Sequence record: NC_042098.1
Direction: 5' to 3' (one strand)
Length of the DNA: 64,000 nucleotides
Shown here: piece by piece, positions 27,636-37,591 of the stretch
How the letters are laid out: each line of letters begins with the position of its first letter
Numbering within the stretch: position 1 is the stretch's first letter
Notes under the pieces: generated by a model
Database searches by the model: none
What the model was told of the DNA's origin: nothing
What the model saw: only the letters and a program-made list of their open reading frames with translations
Translations under genes and position numbers: made by a program

Positions 27636-28055
27636 ATGTTAACCGGCCTCCTGGTTATTCCGGGAGGCTTTTATAGCAGCATTCATTTTTTATCGAGGTT
27701 GGGTATGGTTGGTATTGGCTTATCTGTCTGCTTTCGTTTACGTGCAGAAGAAGTCGACCCTTTCTTGGTGGGGGTGTGTAATTACGATGTCCTGATCACC
27801 GAGGAACGGGTGCCCAGTTTATTGAAAGAGCTGGAGGGGATGTATAAGCGGGTGATGTATCGTTACGATCATCAGTGTGATTTCAAACTGGAAGGTAACC
27901 TGTTGGAGATCGTGTTGCCGTTTCATCCTAACCCGTTTGAAGGAAAGCTTGCACCGGCAATCACCGTGCGCATCCCTAAAGATGTGAACTATGCGGTGAA
28001 CGGGTGTATGAAAGAAACCCATGAAGTGTTGTATCCGCTGACCAAAGCAGCTTAA
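27636..28055 (+). CDS. hypothetical protein (true start probably further downstream)
   Basis: gagg RBS before MVGIG. Confidence 0.55.
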   Translation: MLTGLLVIPGGFYSSIHFLSRLGMVGIGLSVCFRLRAEEVDPFLVGVCNYDVLITEERVPSLLKELEGMYKRVMYRYDHQCDFKLEGNLLEIVLPFHPNPFEGKLAPAITVRIPKDVNYAVNGCMKETHEVLYPLTKAA

Positions 28056-28067
28056 AGAATTTATAAA

Positions 28068-28086
28068 CCTACATTACTCTCGTGAT
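28068..28086 (+). promoter_or_regulatory. putative early promoter
   Basis: CCTACATTAC-tctc-GTGAT. Confidence 0.7.
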
Positions 28087-28114
28087 GTAAGATAATTAAC
28101 TAAGTGGGTGCATT

Positions 28115-28732
28115 ATGGCCTGGAATGGGTATGTCCTGGAATTCTTGGGCAATGACCTCGGGAAGTATTACCTGGGAATCAGTAACATCGATGCTAAGCA
28201 GCAAGATGAGTTGATGCTTGCAGCATTGCGTGCCGGTGGTCCTGCGTTACCAGTAGAGATCCAAACAGCCTATAAACAGATGGCTGAGAAAGAAGTCTTG
28301 CTGTTTACCCATGTTCCGTTTAATGCGGAGTACGCGGTTGTGGAAGCCTGGCAGAATGACCACATTCATGCACAGTCTCTGAAAGCACGTCGGTTTCGAT
28401 TCCCGAGTCATCGACGAGAGACACTGTTCCAATGTATCAATGCCGAACAGATTGTCAGTAAGATAAAGCAATTGCGCAGTCGAGTGACCGTGCAAGCCGG
28501 TATCCGCTTTGATGGCTTTTATCATCCGCAGCTGATGATGACAGACCAACAATGGGTGCAGGAGCTGGAGATGCTCAATCAACTGCAATCGCTTTATTAT
28601 TATCTGGGCGATTTCATTGAGTTCTTTGATGAAGAGTTCAAGGAGTTCAAAGGCACCGAAAGTGTCAAGGCGTTACCGTACCGCAATCCGTATTTCATCA
28701 ACTTAGGATTGCAGTTAAGTCAGATGTGTTAA
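28115..28732 (+). CDS. hypothetical protein
   Basis: ORF following the promoter motif. Confidence 0.7.
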   Translation: MAWNGYVLEFLGNDLGKYYLGISNIDAKQQDELMLAALRAGGPALPVEIQTAYKQMAEKEVLLFTHVPFNAEYAVVEAWQNDHIHAQSLKARRFRFPSHRRETLFQCINAEQIVSKIKQLRSRVTVQAGIRFDGFYHPQLMMTDQQWVQELEMLNQLQSLYYYLGDFIEFFDEEFKEFKGTESVKALPYRNPYFINLGLQLSQMC

Positions 28733-28742
28733 CCCTCCTACC

Positions 28743-29414
28743 TTGGCCTATCATGGCCGCTTACTAAAGCAAAGAGAGATTACCATGAATATCATCAACA
28801 CTGTATGTGAACTGACCAACATCTCCATCGCCATCAGCATCACCCATGATGAGGAGGTGAACTCCACCCTGGTGGCATTGGATATCAACAATGTCCCGTT
28901 CTTCAGCTACCAGTGGGGTCAGGTAACCAAAGGTCAGCGTAAAGTCCAGCTGGGTGCTACAAGCCATGGCCTGAGTGCGTTGTATCTGCACCTGCATCAC
29001 AATGTCATCGACAGCCGTAACACCGACATCGCCCAGTGTTATCTCACCAACCGGGATGAGATCTTAGCCGTCGTGCGAGACCTGGGTGTGATCTTCAATG
29101 GCACTGAGTGGATTGAGAAACTCGATATCTCGCATTACCGTCTGGCAATCGAAGAGCAGTTCCCAGGGGAAACCAAAGCAGTGATGGTGCTGACCAGCAA
29201 GGGTGATGAACACCGTGCGGCGTACACTTTCACTGCTAACAATTTAGGTGACCTTATGGGGACCGGGATCAAGCGGGGTGAGACGGTGGTGTTAAGCGGA
29301 CATAACAGCCGATTTGTTCACGACTACGCATCCACTGTAGTGCCGCCTCAGATCAGCGATGTTATCAGCAGTCATGCCGATACATTGAAAGCCCGTTTCC
29401 CGGCGTTAGTTTAA
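28743..29414 (+). CDS. hypothetical protein (likely start MNIIN)
   Basis: agagag RBS before the internal ATG. Confidence 0.65.
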   Translation: MAYHGRLLKQREITMNIINTVCELTNISIAISITHDEEVNSTLVALDINNVPFFSYQWGQVTKGQRKVQLGATSHGLSALYLHLHHNVIDSRNTDIAQCYLTNRDEILAVVRDLGVIFNGTEWIEKLDISHYRLAIEEQFPGETKAVMVLTSKGDEHRAAYTFTANNLGDLMGTGIKRGETVVLSGHNSRFVHDYASTVVPPQISDVISSHADTLKARFPALV

Positions 29415-29447
29415 TCTCCCCTTTTCCTTCTATTTAGAGAAACCGTT

Positions 29448-31061
29448 ATGCACATTCAAGATATGACTTTTCGCATTCACACAACTATAAGTTCACGTGA
29501 CGATCTGGATAACGTTGTTCGCCTGGTCAATCAAAATGATGAGGTGATTATTGAACACGCACTTCATGACGCCATGCTGCCTGTCATTTATCAAAATGAT
29601 AAACTGGCTGCTGCGTATTTGGCGGTGGTTTACATGTACACCCGTGACATGCCAGAAGGACAAGGTGCGGCAAGCTATGACTTCCATCGTACGGCCGGCA
29701 TTATCCTGGATCAGTTTGTAGAAGACAGTAACCTGGGTGAGTTCGAAGCAGATGACTGGGGTCAGATTGAAGTGATGGTACCCAACCTACCAGAAGGGGT
29801 GCGGGCCTTTGTACATACCACCGATGGGTCTGATGTGAACATCCGTATCTATCGCCAAGACCGCGGTCTGGTGAATGAGCGTCTGTTTACCTACAGCGAT
29901 GAAGAGACGGTTCCTTCTATTGAAGAGATGCTTGCGCAATGGGATGCTGATGTCGCTCCTACCGCAGATCCGGTACAGGAAAACGCAGCCAGCATCTCGT
30001 TTGGTGACGTCTCCTTTATTTACACCCTGGACATGAGCAAGGAAGGGCGCGAACAACGTAAAGCTATTATGCAGGTGGTAATTGGTGATCGCCTGGTCGC
30101 TCAGCAGAAAGTCCATGAGAACACCCAGCCACTCATGTATTACATGATGGAAGTGTTCAACATGTTGGCGCTGCGCATGACCGTGGGTCCGGTAGAAGGC
30201 ATTAACGCTCAAGACCGGGTAACCTTACTGACGGCTATCAGTGGCTTTGTGGGCGGGCATTTAGCGATGCCAGATCAGGTGCAGATCGCAGAAGGTATGC
30301 AGTACATGCACGAAGGTGCGATCAGTGACGAAGTAACCTACATGGTTTCACATCAGCTGATTGCCGACAACCATCTGCGGGCGACCTACCAGTTCAATAC
30401 CGTGGTCGATGAAACGATGCGTCGTTCAATCACCATGTGTGATGAAGTGAGCTACCTGGAAAACCCGATGAGTCCACAGGCGTTCTTCACTGCGTATCAG
30501 GCAGACCTCAGCCGTGAGCTGAAACTGTCTCGGATGTTTGACATCGCAATGATTGCGGCCATCGATCGCGGTCAGGGTCTCGGTAAAGATAACGAACTGC
30601 TGTATCGTATCAAAGAAGACATGAAGTACTTCAAAGAGATGACACTGCATTCACCGGTGATCATGGGACGGAAAACATATGAGTCGTTACCGAACCCGTT
30701 GGTAGATCGCCTGAACATCGTTATCACTACCGCCCCGACCAACACCTATACCACCCGCTCAGGTGTGGTGTTCGTCAACAGCAAAGAAGAAGCCCTGTTG
30801 CACGCGAAAGGTTATCTGGCTGAACATGGCGGTGATAAGATCTGGATCATCGGAGGCGCGAGTATCTATGCTGCATTCCTGCCGGATGCCAAAGAGATCC
30901 ATCTGACCACCATCGGCACTGAGCGTGAAGATGCTGATACGTTCTTCCCGGAAGTTGATCTGCGTCAGTTTAACGCTGCACGTCAGTTTGAGGAAGACCA
31001 GGTGTTCGAGCGTGAAGGTGAAACCTTTGGCTACAACCGCGTCATCCTGACCCGTAAGTAA
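29448..31061 (+). CDS. dihydrofolate reductase fused to a large N-terminal domain of unknown function
   Basis: C-terminal MIAAIDR..GLGKDNELL..IKEDMKYFK, VIMGRKTYES, R.NIVI, IWIIGGASIY, DTFFP. Confidence 0.9.
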   Translation: MHIQDMTFRIHTTISSRDDLDNVVRLVNQNDEVIIEHALHDAMLPVIYQNDKLAAAYLAVVYMYTRDMPEGQGAASYDFHRTAGIILDQFVEDSNLGEFEADDWGQIEVMVPNLPEGVRAFVHTTDGSDVNIRIYRQDRGLVNERLFTYSDEETVPSIEEMLAQWDADVAPTADPVQENAASISFGDVSFIYTLDMSKEGREQRKAIMQVVIGDRLVAQQKVHENTQPLMYYMMEVFNMLALRMTVGPVEGINAQDRVTLLTAISGFVGGHLAMPDQVQIAEGMQYMHEGAISDEVTYMVSHQLIADNHLRATYQFNTVVDETMRRSITMCDEVSYLENPMSPQAFFTAYQADLSRELKLSRMFDIAMIAAIDRGQGLGKDNELLYRIKEDMKYFKEMTLHSPVIMGRKTYESLPNPLVDRLNIVITTAPTNTYTTRSGVVFVNSKEEALLHAKGYLAEHGGDKIWIIGGASIYAAFLPDAKEIHLTTIGTEREDADTFFPEVDLRQFNAARQFEEDQVFEREGETFGYNRVILTRK

Positions 31062-31092
31062 TTTAACCCCCTGGGGAGGCAACTCCCCATTC

Positions 31093-31749
31093 TTGTCTAT
31101 AAAGGAAACATTTCTCATGGCGATTGAAAAAGCAGCAGTACCGGCAAATGTAGTTGAGATCACTGGCAAGACCCTGGACCAGGCCCGCGGCGATATCCCG
31201 AACGCCATCATGTTACTGGACAGCAATACGGTCGATGTGCGCTACACCCCGGCATTCAATAAACTGCCTGCAGATTTGCAGCACGTCATCCTGGTTGCAC
31301 AGACCGGCAACCCAGTGATCTCATTAGAGCGCCCACTGGATGCGACCGGAAAGGTTGACGCGACCAACCCGAACATGGTGATTGCCGCAGCAGTACAAAA
31401 AGATGGCCAGCCATTAGGGATCTACCACCCTGCTCTGATGGGTCGTCTGCGTCAAATTCCAAACGGCTATCTGCTTTATACCCACTACCACACCAGTAGT
31501 AAAGCGGACTTCTCTTATCCGGCGTTTGAGAAAGCCTTGGCGGAATATTGCATGCTGGCGTTTGCGTTAGGTACGAAAGAGCAACCGGTGGTAATTAACA
31601 TGCCCGGTCTGCAATGTGCCAATAGCTTCGTCTGGGAAGAGATCAACGGTGAGCGTGTACCGGTACTGAACCCACGTCATCTTGAACGTGTGAAAGAAGT
31701 CATTGCTAACACCATGTTCGCCGGGTCAACGGTTTATCTGGTGCTGTGA
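31093..31749 (+). CDS. divergent macrodomain-like protein (likely start MAIEK)
   Basis: LLYTHY..FSY.AFEKAL..VINMPGLQC..W pattern resembles the C-half of phage macrodomains; the GGG loop is not evident. Confidence 0.4.
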   Translation: MSIKETFLMAIEKAAVPANVVEITGKTLDQARGDIPNAIMLLDSNTVDVRYTPAFNKLPADLQHVILVAQTGNPVISLERPLDATGKVDATNPNMVIAAAVQKDGQPLGIYHPALMGRLRQIPNGYLLYTHYHTSSKADFSYPAFEKALAEYCMLAFALGTKEQPVVINMPGLQCANSFVWEEINGERVPVLNPRHLERVKEVIANTMFAGSTVYLVL

Positions 31750-31940
31750 TGAAAGCGTGTCCCCTCTGTGCTTCATCGGCTAAGACCTACAAATACGCGT
31801 TAGTGTTCTGGGGTGTGCGTTGTACCAGCTGTATGCTGTTCCTCAAAGATATGAACACCTCTGAGGCAGCGGCTATTCGTCAGTGGGATACGCGCATTAC
31901 CCCCGAAGAGAAAGCAGCAAAGAAACGCAAGAAAGCTTAA
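31746..31940 (+). CDS. Lar-family restriction-alleviation-like zinc protein
   Basis: KACPLC..VRCTSC..EAAAIRQWDTR. Confidence 0.7.
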   Translation: MMKACPLCASSAKTYKYALVFWGVRCTSCMLFLKDMNTSEAAAIRQWDTRITPEEKAAKKRKKA

Positions 31941-31961
31941 CCCCTGGATAAAGGAGTCGTC

Positions 31962-32276
31962 GTGCTGAAAAGAACAGTACTGAGTTTGGTCACCTGCTTT
32001 ATGCTATCGGGCTGTGGAATGGCAGAATCCGAAGATGTACCGGTCAAATCGGTTGAGGGTGTTGTGATCAGCGATGAGGTCTGTCAAGTCGGTCAAAAGT
32101 GCGAGGCAGTGATTGCCCGCGATCAAACCGCCTGGACATACCAGATTGCAGAAGGGCCTTTTAAGAAAGGCACGGTGCTTTATAAAGCGTGTGCATATCA
32201 CCGCACACACGAGCGCTGCAGTTCGGTCTGGTCGCCCACTCCCGATCGGTTTATTCCGCCGGAGTCAAAGAACTAA
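31962..32276 (+). CDS. putative lipoprotein
   Basis: aaggag RBS; LSGC lipobox. Confidence 0.65.
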   Translation: MLKRTVLSLVTCFMLSGCGMAESEDVPVKSVEGVVISDEVCQVGQKCEAVIARDQTAWTYQIAEGPFKKGTVLYKACAYHRTHERCSSVWSPTPDRFIPPESKN

Positions 32277-32336
32277 GTTGTAACCACGGCGTGTCATGCG
32301 CCGTTTTAATTTAACCCTGCTGTAAGGTAATTCACC

Positions 32337-33425
32337 ATGAAAGACTCAGAACACCAAGATACTACAATTGATAATGTCTCTCCGTATGCGGGGGAACTGG
32401 CGGACCTGATTGAAGAGTTTGTGGCAGACCGATTTACCTTAATGGATGATGCGGTTCTTGAATCCCTTTATGCCGACTTACCGGATGTCACCTATTTGAA
32501 AGGTGTGGTAAAAGGCTTACGTCGAAACCTGATGCGACAGGCAGCATCGATCAATGTCGAAGACGCATACCCGAAAGTTATGCTGTTTAAAGAACACCCG
32601 CTAACCGCTGAGGATATCAAAGAGATTATCCAGACTGATTGTCCGGACATGCCGGCGGATGAAGTTACACAAACCGTAACAGAAGTCATGACGGTAACTG
32701 ATGAAGAAGAAGACGACGATAACAGCGAAGCGCTGCGCCTACGGGAACGCAACAAACCGGAACATATCCCAAGCCTTGATGAACTGATGCAAGCGGAGGG
32801 GAAAGGTTGGGGTTCGGTGAGTGCGGTGATCACACCCCCGCCAGTCATTGAACCTGCTCGTCCTGCAAGACCCTCACGCGCTGAACGCTTTGGCACCTCA
32901 AACGTTGAGTTAGCTGAATTACTGAGCCAGGCCAAGCCGGGTAGTGTGTTCTCTGTTGACACCATTAAATCTGCAAAAGATAAAAACCTGGTGTTGGTGA
33001 AATCCCCCGAGACAAAACACTTTGAACCTCTGCGTTTGTTAGAACGTTCTGATCCGCAATATTACCAATACATGTGGCCAGCTTTATTCGAAGCCCTGGA
33101 AGCTGTGTTGAATGACACAAGCTTAACCGTGAATCGGATGCGTCGTCTGGATGAAGAGATGCTTGAGCGCTTTGGTGATACCTTAGCTGCCGCGGTCACG
33201 ACCATCCTGAGTATTGGTAATCACGATCTGTTGATTAAAGAGAACGTCAACTATTTCATGCAGCAGTGTAATGACCGTGGGTTGGATATCAAGCTCTATA
33301 TGGGTGCCAAGGTTTATAAGCAAGGTCGCTGGACTGACACCTGGATCGACGCAGCATTACAAACCCCTAAAGGCAAGTTTATCTTTGGTACCCCGGAGGT
33401 GGATGTGGTATGGCAAGCGAAATGA
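32337..33425 (+). CDS. acidic hypothetical protein
   Basis: long ORF; aagg RBS. Confidence 0.7.
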   Translation: MKDSEHQDTTIDNVSPYAGELADLIEEFVADRFTLMDDAVLESLYADLPDVTYLKGVVKGLRRNLMRQAASINVEDAYPKVMLFKEHPLTAEDIKEIIQTDCPDMPADEVTQTVTEVMTVTDEEEDDDNSEALRLRERNKPEHIPSLDELMQAEGKGWGSVSAVITPPPVIEPARPARPSRAERFGTSNVELAELLSQAKPGSVFSVDTIKSAKDKNLVLVKSPETKHFEPLRLLERSDPQYYQYMWPALFEALEAVLNDTSLTVNRMRRLDEEMLERFGDTLAAAVTTILSIGNHDLLIKENVNYFMQQCNDRGLDIKLYMGAKVYKQGRWTDTWIDAALQTPKGKFIFGTPEVDVVWQAK

Positions 33426-33727
33426 TTGAATGGGAAAAGCTCTTTAACTCATTAAAGGCGATTGAACAAAGTGATCAGGTCTGTGACTTACCGACACGCA
33501 ATCTGTCGGTCATGATGGCACAGCGGCGTCTCAAGGCAGGATTGCAACGCTCAGTGAAACGGGTGGATGCGATCATGAGTGCACAGGTACAAACCGATGA
33601 AGCGTACGATGAACTGATGCACCGACTGCAAGCGCTGGCATTACCTGTCACTGTGACGCGCTTTACCGGTGGGAAGTGGAATCATGGAGTGATCAGAACC
33701 AAGAAAGGTACGATCATGTATGGTTAG
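33410..33727 (+). CDS. hypothetical protein
   Basis: ggagg RBS; overlapping operon gene. Confidence 0.6.
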   Translation: MASEMIEWEKLFNSLKAIEQSDQVCDLPTRNLSVMMAQRRLKAGLQRSVKRVDAIMSAQVQTDEAYDELMHRLQALALPVTVTRFTGGKWNHGVIRTKKGTIMYG

Positions 33728-34040
33728 AAATAACGTTGTCTCTATTTATAAACCGACGTTTCGTAAACGTCTCGCTGTCGACCCGATGGTACTCATCACC
33801 GAGTTGCAGCATGTCTTTACAGTGATTGAATTGTGTAAAGCATCTAACAAATATGACCATCGTTTGTATGGTAAATTGCTGAAAGATGAGGTACAATTAG
33901 TTCGTGACTGTGCAGCGGTGCTTGTACGACATGTGCAGACACCATCCATCGTGCAGATGTTGCAAACCGCAATTACCCACGAGAAGCCGGTTGAGTTGAT
34001 TGCGGCCCGACACGGTGAGTTTTTACAATTGATAAATTAA
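33720..34040 (+). CDS. hypothetical protein
   Basis: aagg RBS; overlap with the previous gene. Confidence 0.6.
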   Translation: MVRNNVVSIYKPTFRKRLAVDPMVLITELQHVFTVIELCKASNKYDHRLYGKLLKDEVQLVRDCAAVLVRHVQTPSIVQMLQTAITHEKPVELIAARHGEFLQLIN

Positions 34041-34066
34041 CCCCTGAGTATAAGGAAAATAAAAAT

Positions 34067-34357
34067 ATGGCTAAGAAGATTACCGCAGCAGCTTTAGAGA
34101 AAGACATCTTTGATCACGAAGGCATCCGTGTCATCTTCCGTGTACCAACTGGTAAGCGCATTGCTGAACAGAAATACACTGAAGTCTTCACGAATCGTTC
34201 GCCAAAGAACTACACGTTAAAAACCTTACGCGAACGCATCGTCCGTGTGGTGGGCGAGAACATTGAGTTCTCCATCATCACAGGCGGCGGTGAAATCGCA
34301 AACGGCAATTACAAGATCGGTAACTTACGCACCACCTACGAAGTAATCGAAGAGTAA
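34067..34357 (+). CDS. hypothetical protein
   Basis: aagga RBS; strong codon bias; ends at a bidirectional terminator. Confidence 0.7.
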   Translation: MAKKITAAALEKDIFDHEGIRVIFRVPTGKRIAEQKYTEVFTNRSPKNYTLKTLRERIVRVVGENIEFSIITGGGEIANGNYKIGNLRTTYEVIEE

Positions 34358-34360
34358 TAG

Positions 34361-34413
34361 ACGGCATAAGAGGAGGAGCAAACGCTCCTCCTCTGTTTAT
34401 GCTGCTTTTTTTT
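34361..34413. terminator. bidirectional terminator GGCATAA-hairpin-TTATGC between convergent genes
   Basis: acggcataagaggaggagc-aaac-gctcctcctctgtttatgctg plus poly-T. Confidence 0.85.
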
Positions 34414-35253
34414 TTATCCCGCGACTACAGTCTGGTCGGCAGTTAACGCAGAAGGGAAGCTTCGACCTTTACCCCAGATGATACGAATCCCGCCTGTACC
34501 TGGGGTATACGCACTCCCCATCCCAGCGCCGCCACCGAATCGCCCACCGGTACCACCATTTGCGGCTGTACCGGCAGACCCGGCTTTACCAAACTGCGTA
34601 ATTGTACCGCCTGCTCCTGACGTGCTACCGATTGCGATATCCCCACTGGCACCTTCGCCGTAGAGGCCAACACCCCCACCGCCAGCACCATAGCGGTTAC
34701 CGTTGTAAGACCAACCAGCACCACCGCCACCGCCACCTCCTTTACCGGCCTGACCGTCCACTGTAGGACAACCACCCATTCCGCCATCACCGGAGTAGCC
34801 ACCTGCGCCACCGCCACCGTTATTGGTGCCGGCAGTCTGTCCACCCAACCCACCGTTTCCACCACCGAGGAGAGGTAGACTGATGGGGGTACTGGTGCTG
34901 GTCGAATCACCACCCCTGGCTAGCAACAAGACCGTATTGCCCCTTAAGAGTTTACTGTCGTTGCCGGTCATGTCACCAACGATCAGGGTCAGTACTTCAC
35001 CCGGGGTCACTTTCAAACGGTTGACATAACGTAGATCACCGCCACGTGCACCGATATGAGGCGTGCCGGTAAGTCCTTTGCCACCTGAGCCGACCGCCAC
35101 AGCACAGATATCAAACACACCGGCAGGTACCGTCCAAGAGGTGGTTCCGCTGGTTGCAAATATCTGCTGACCTACCGCAGTGGTGTCACTATCCGGTAAC
35201 GGACCTCCTCCGGATGCTGGTCGGTAACTTGAGTTCAGTAACAGTTCAAACAC
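34414..35253 (-). CDS. glycine-rich putative tail-associated protein
   Basis: MFELLL start; WTVPAGV, GGDLRY, VTPGEVL, RIIWGKGRSFP; paralogue of 21555 and 22347. Confidence 0.72.
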   Translation of the reverse strand: MFELLLNSSYRPASGGGPLPDSDTTAVGQQIFATSGTTSWTVPAGVFDICAVAVGSGGKGLTGTPHIGARGGDLRYVNRLKVTPGEVLTLIVGDMTGNDSKLLRGNTVLLLARGGDSTSTSTPISLPLLGGGNGGLGGQTAGTNNGGGGAGGYSGDGGMGGCPTVDGQAGKGGGGGGGAGWSYNGNRYGAGGGGVGLYGEGASGDIAIGSTSGAGGTITQFGKAGSAGTAANGGTGGRFGGGAGMGSAYTPGTGGIRIIWGKGRSFPSALTADQTVVAG

Positions 35254-35262
35254 GGTAACTCC

Positions 35263-37386
35263 TTACCAGCTAAATGCTTTATTGGCACGTGGCATAGTCA
35301 CTTCCATTGGGATATCTTCCGTGACGAGCTCTTGGCTTTCCAGATCGTCTAACCACGCTTCCATTCCTGCTGAGAGGAACTGGTGCTCGTGTGCACTTTC
35401 TTCAAACGATTCCAACCCTACTGCTTCAGCGATCTCTTCAACTTCAACGTTCGAACCATAACGGTCCAAGCCCATCAGTGCATCGACCTGAGACTTCGAC
35501 CAGGCCATGATGTCTTCTGAGCGTGTTGAGATGTTCGGCATGGCACCGGTATCCAATACGAAGTTAAAGATATACACTTCGTCTTCTTGGCCGATACGGT
35601 GCATACGTGAAACAGCCTGCTCGTAGTGGTGGAAGCGGAAAGGTTTGTTCAACATCAATCCACAGTTCGCTTCAGTCAGGGGTACCGCTTCTGCCAGTGA
35701 GCGGAAGGTGGCGATCCCGGGGTTAACGTCTTCAGAAGCACGGAACGACTTCACCATCTCAACCAGGTCTTTGTTGGTATCGCCGTAAACCACGACGGGC
35801 TTATACCCCAGACCCCGACAGATCAACGCCATGGTTTCCAGCGCAGGCACAAAGTCAGTGAAGATCAGGGTCTTCTTCTTGGCGTTGTCGATGTAGGTAC
35901 CGAACGGAATCGCCTCAGCAAGCTCTACGTGACACATGGTGCGTTCTTTACCCAACACCCTACCCAGACACTCCCCTTTGATCTTCAAGTCCACATACTT
36001 GATTACAGAGCGGGCATCTTTGAACGTCTTACGCATATGGTCCGGGAGCACCGGGATGATACGCTTGAGTTCGTACTCATTACAATACTGACTCATGTAG
36101 GCCATCGAGTAGGGATCAAAACCCTGGGTGACAAACGTGTTCACGTATTGGTTGTAGAGTTTGAAGTCCTCTTTCTCTTTGGGGGAGTGCAAGGTCTTCT
36201 CATACCAGCCCAGTGCATCGTCGTAGATTTTCTGGTAGGCCGGCTTGTTGTCGGTGTAGAACTTAAACCGCTCTTGAATGAATGCCATCATGATCCGTTG
36301 GATGTTATCCAGGGTGTAATGCGCGCCATTCTTGATCTTGATCTTCACCGTCATCTCGATCGGCTTGGTGGTCATGAACTTCGACTTCGGTACTGAGAAG
36401 CTCACAATCCCCAATCGGTTCGCCAGGATGTCGTTGGCTTTGGTGGCGGTTTTGCCCCAGATCTTACGCATCGCTAATTCAACATCATTAGTGAAACCTG
36501 GGATCAGGGTACGGAACAACGGCACCGCCTCAGTACCCATGGCGGTCAATGCCGTGCCGGAGGCCCAGACGATATCCTGCGACCCTGAGGCCTGGCAGAG
36601 TTCCACAAACAGGTTGGTGCGAATCGACTCTTTGGTTTTCTGGTTTAAGTTGTGCGACTCATCGAGGATAATCCCGACGTTGGGCAGACGCAGTTCTTTT
36701 ACCATTTTCACCACTTCGTCCAGGCGCTCGTAGTGCGCAACGATCCATTTGGTGCCTTTACGGTATGGCTGGTCATACTCTGCAACCCAGACCGACTCCT
36801 CTGTCGTAAGTTCTGTGGTGATCGTGCGTTCCCAAACATCGCGTGTGGCTTTCTTGGGGGCAATGACAATCACGTAATCTTTCTTACGACAGAGCATGGT
36901 CATGATACTGCAGAGCGTCTTACCGGCACCGGGTGCGGCAGAGAGTAAAGCACCGCGCAGGCCGTAACGTGGGATCACGGTGTTGTAGTAGTTCAACCAG
37001 TTACGCTGTTCAGGTAACGGGGTCTTTTTAACATACTTCAACTGGTTCAGGTCGATGATATCTTCATACTGCTCCTCGAGGTTGCGCATCCAGGTGTTCT
37101 TGCGCAGCAGCTCCAGGATCTTACCCAGGCCCCGACGATCTGACCAGGTCTTATCGTGCTCGTAGAGTTGCTTTAAGATGTACTCGACTTCGATGGCAAA
37201 GAAGCTGTTAAAGCTGATCTTGTTCTGGGTTACCTCTCGAAAGAGATAGCCGGCAATTTTACTGGTCTTCCAGACCTTGAGAATATCGCGCGTTGCCAGC
37301 GGGGCATTAAAGCCAGTGATGGTGATGATATCGTTTTTCTCTTCGACGTTAATGAACCCTAACGCCCGACGCAGGTAGTCAAACAT
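35263..37386 (-). CDS. superfamily 2 (SNF2/DEAD-like) helicase
   Basis: LSAAPGAGKT Walker A, IILDESH Walker B, SGT motif III, QAVSRMHRIGQ motif VI. Confidence 0.88.
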   Translation of the reverse strand: MFDYLRRALGFINVEEKNDIITITGFNAPLATRDILKVWKTSKIAGYLFREVTQNKISFNSFFAIEVEYILKQLYEHDKTWSDRRGLGKILELLRKNTWMRNLEEQYEDIIDLNQLKYVKKTPLPEQRNWLNYYNTVIPRYGLRGALLSAAPGAGKTLCSIMTMLCRKKDYVIVIAPKKATRDVWERTITTELTTEESVWVAEYDQPYRKGTKWIVAHYERLDEVVKMVKELRLPNVGIILDESHNLNQKTKESIRTNLFVELCQASGSQDIVWASGTALTAMGTEAVPLFRTLIPGFTNDVELAMRKIWGKTATKANDILANRLGIVSFSVPKSKFMTTKPIEMTVKIKIKNGAHYTLDNIQRIMMAFIQERFKFYTDNKPAYQKIYDDALGWYEKTLHSPKEKEDFKLYNQYVNTFVTQGFDPYSMAYMSQYCNEYELKRIIPVLPDHMRKTFKDARSVIKYVDLKIKGECLGRVLGKERTMCHVELAEAIPFGTYIDNAKKKTLIFTDFVPALETMALICRGLGYKPVVVYGDTNKDLVEMVKSFRASEDVNPGIATFRSLAEAVPLTEANCGLMLNKPFRFHHYEQAVSRMHRIGQEDEVYIFNFVLDTGAMPNISTRSEDIMAWSKSQVDALMGLDRYGSNVEVEEIAEAVGLESFEESAHEHQFLSAGMEAWLDDLESQELVTEDIPMEVTMPRANKAFSW

Positions 37387-37465
37387 AAATGCCCCTTAGG
37401 AAAGTTAAATCATACTAATGTGATCTATAAAATAACGTGCGATATAGAATCTATATTTTTACATA

Positions 37466-37499
37466 CCTACATTACGGTAGTGATATGTTGTACAACATA
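37466..37499 (+). promoter_or_regulatory. putative early promoter followed by a perfect 16-bp palindrome
   Basis: CCTACATTAC-ggta-GTGAT overlapping TATGTTGTACAACATA (37484..37499). Confidence 0.7.
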
Positions 37500-37591
37500 A
37501 AACATATTAGTTGGGTATACTAAAGTTTTATTAGATCCACTACACTTTCGAATAGTGTTTTAGTATACAACCAACAACTTGGAGGTCCACT

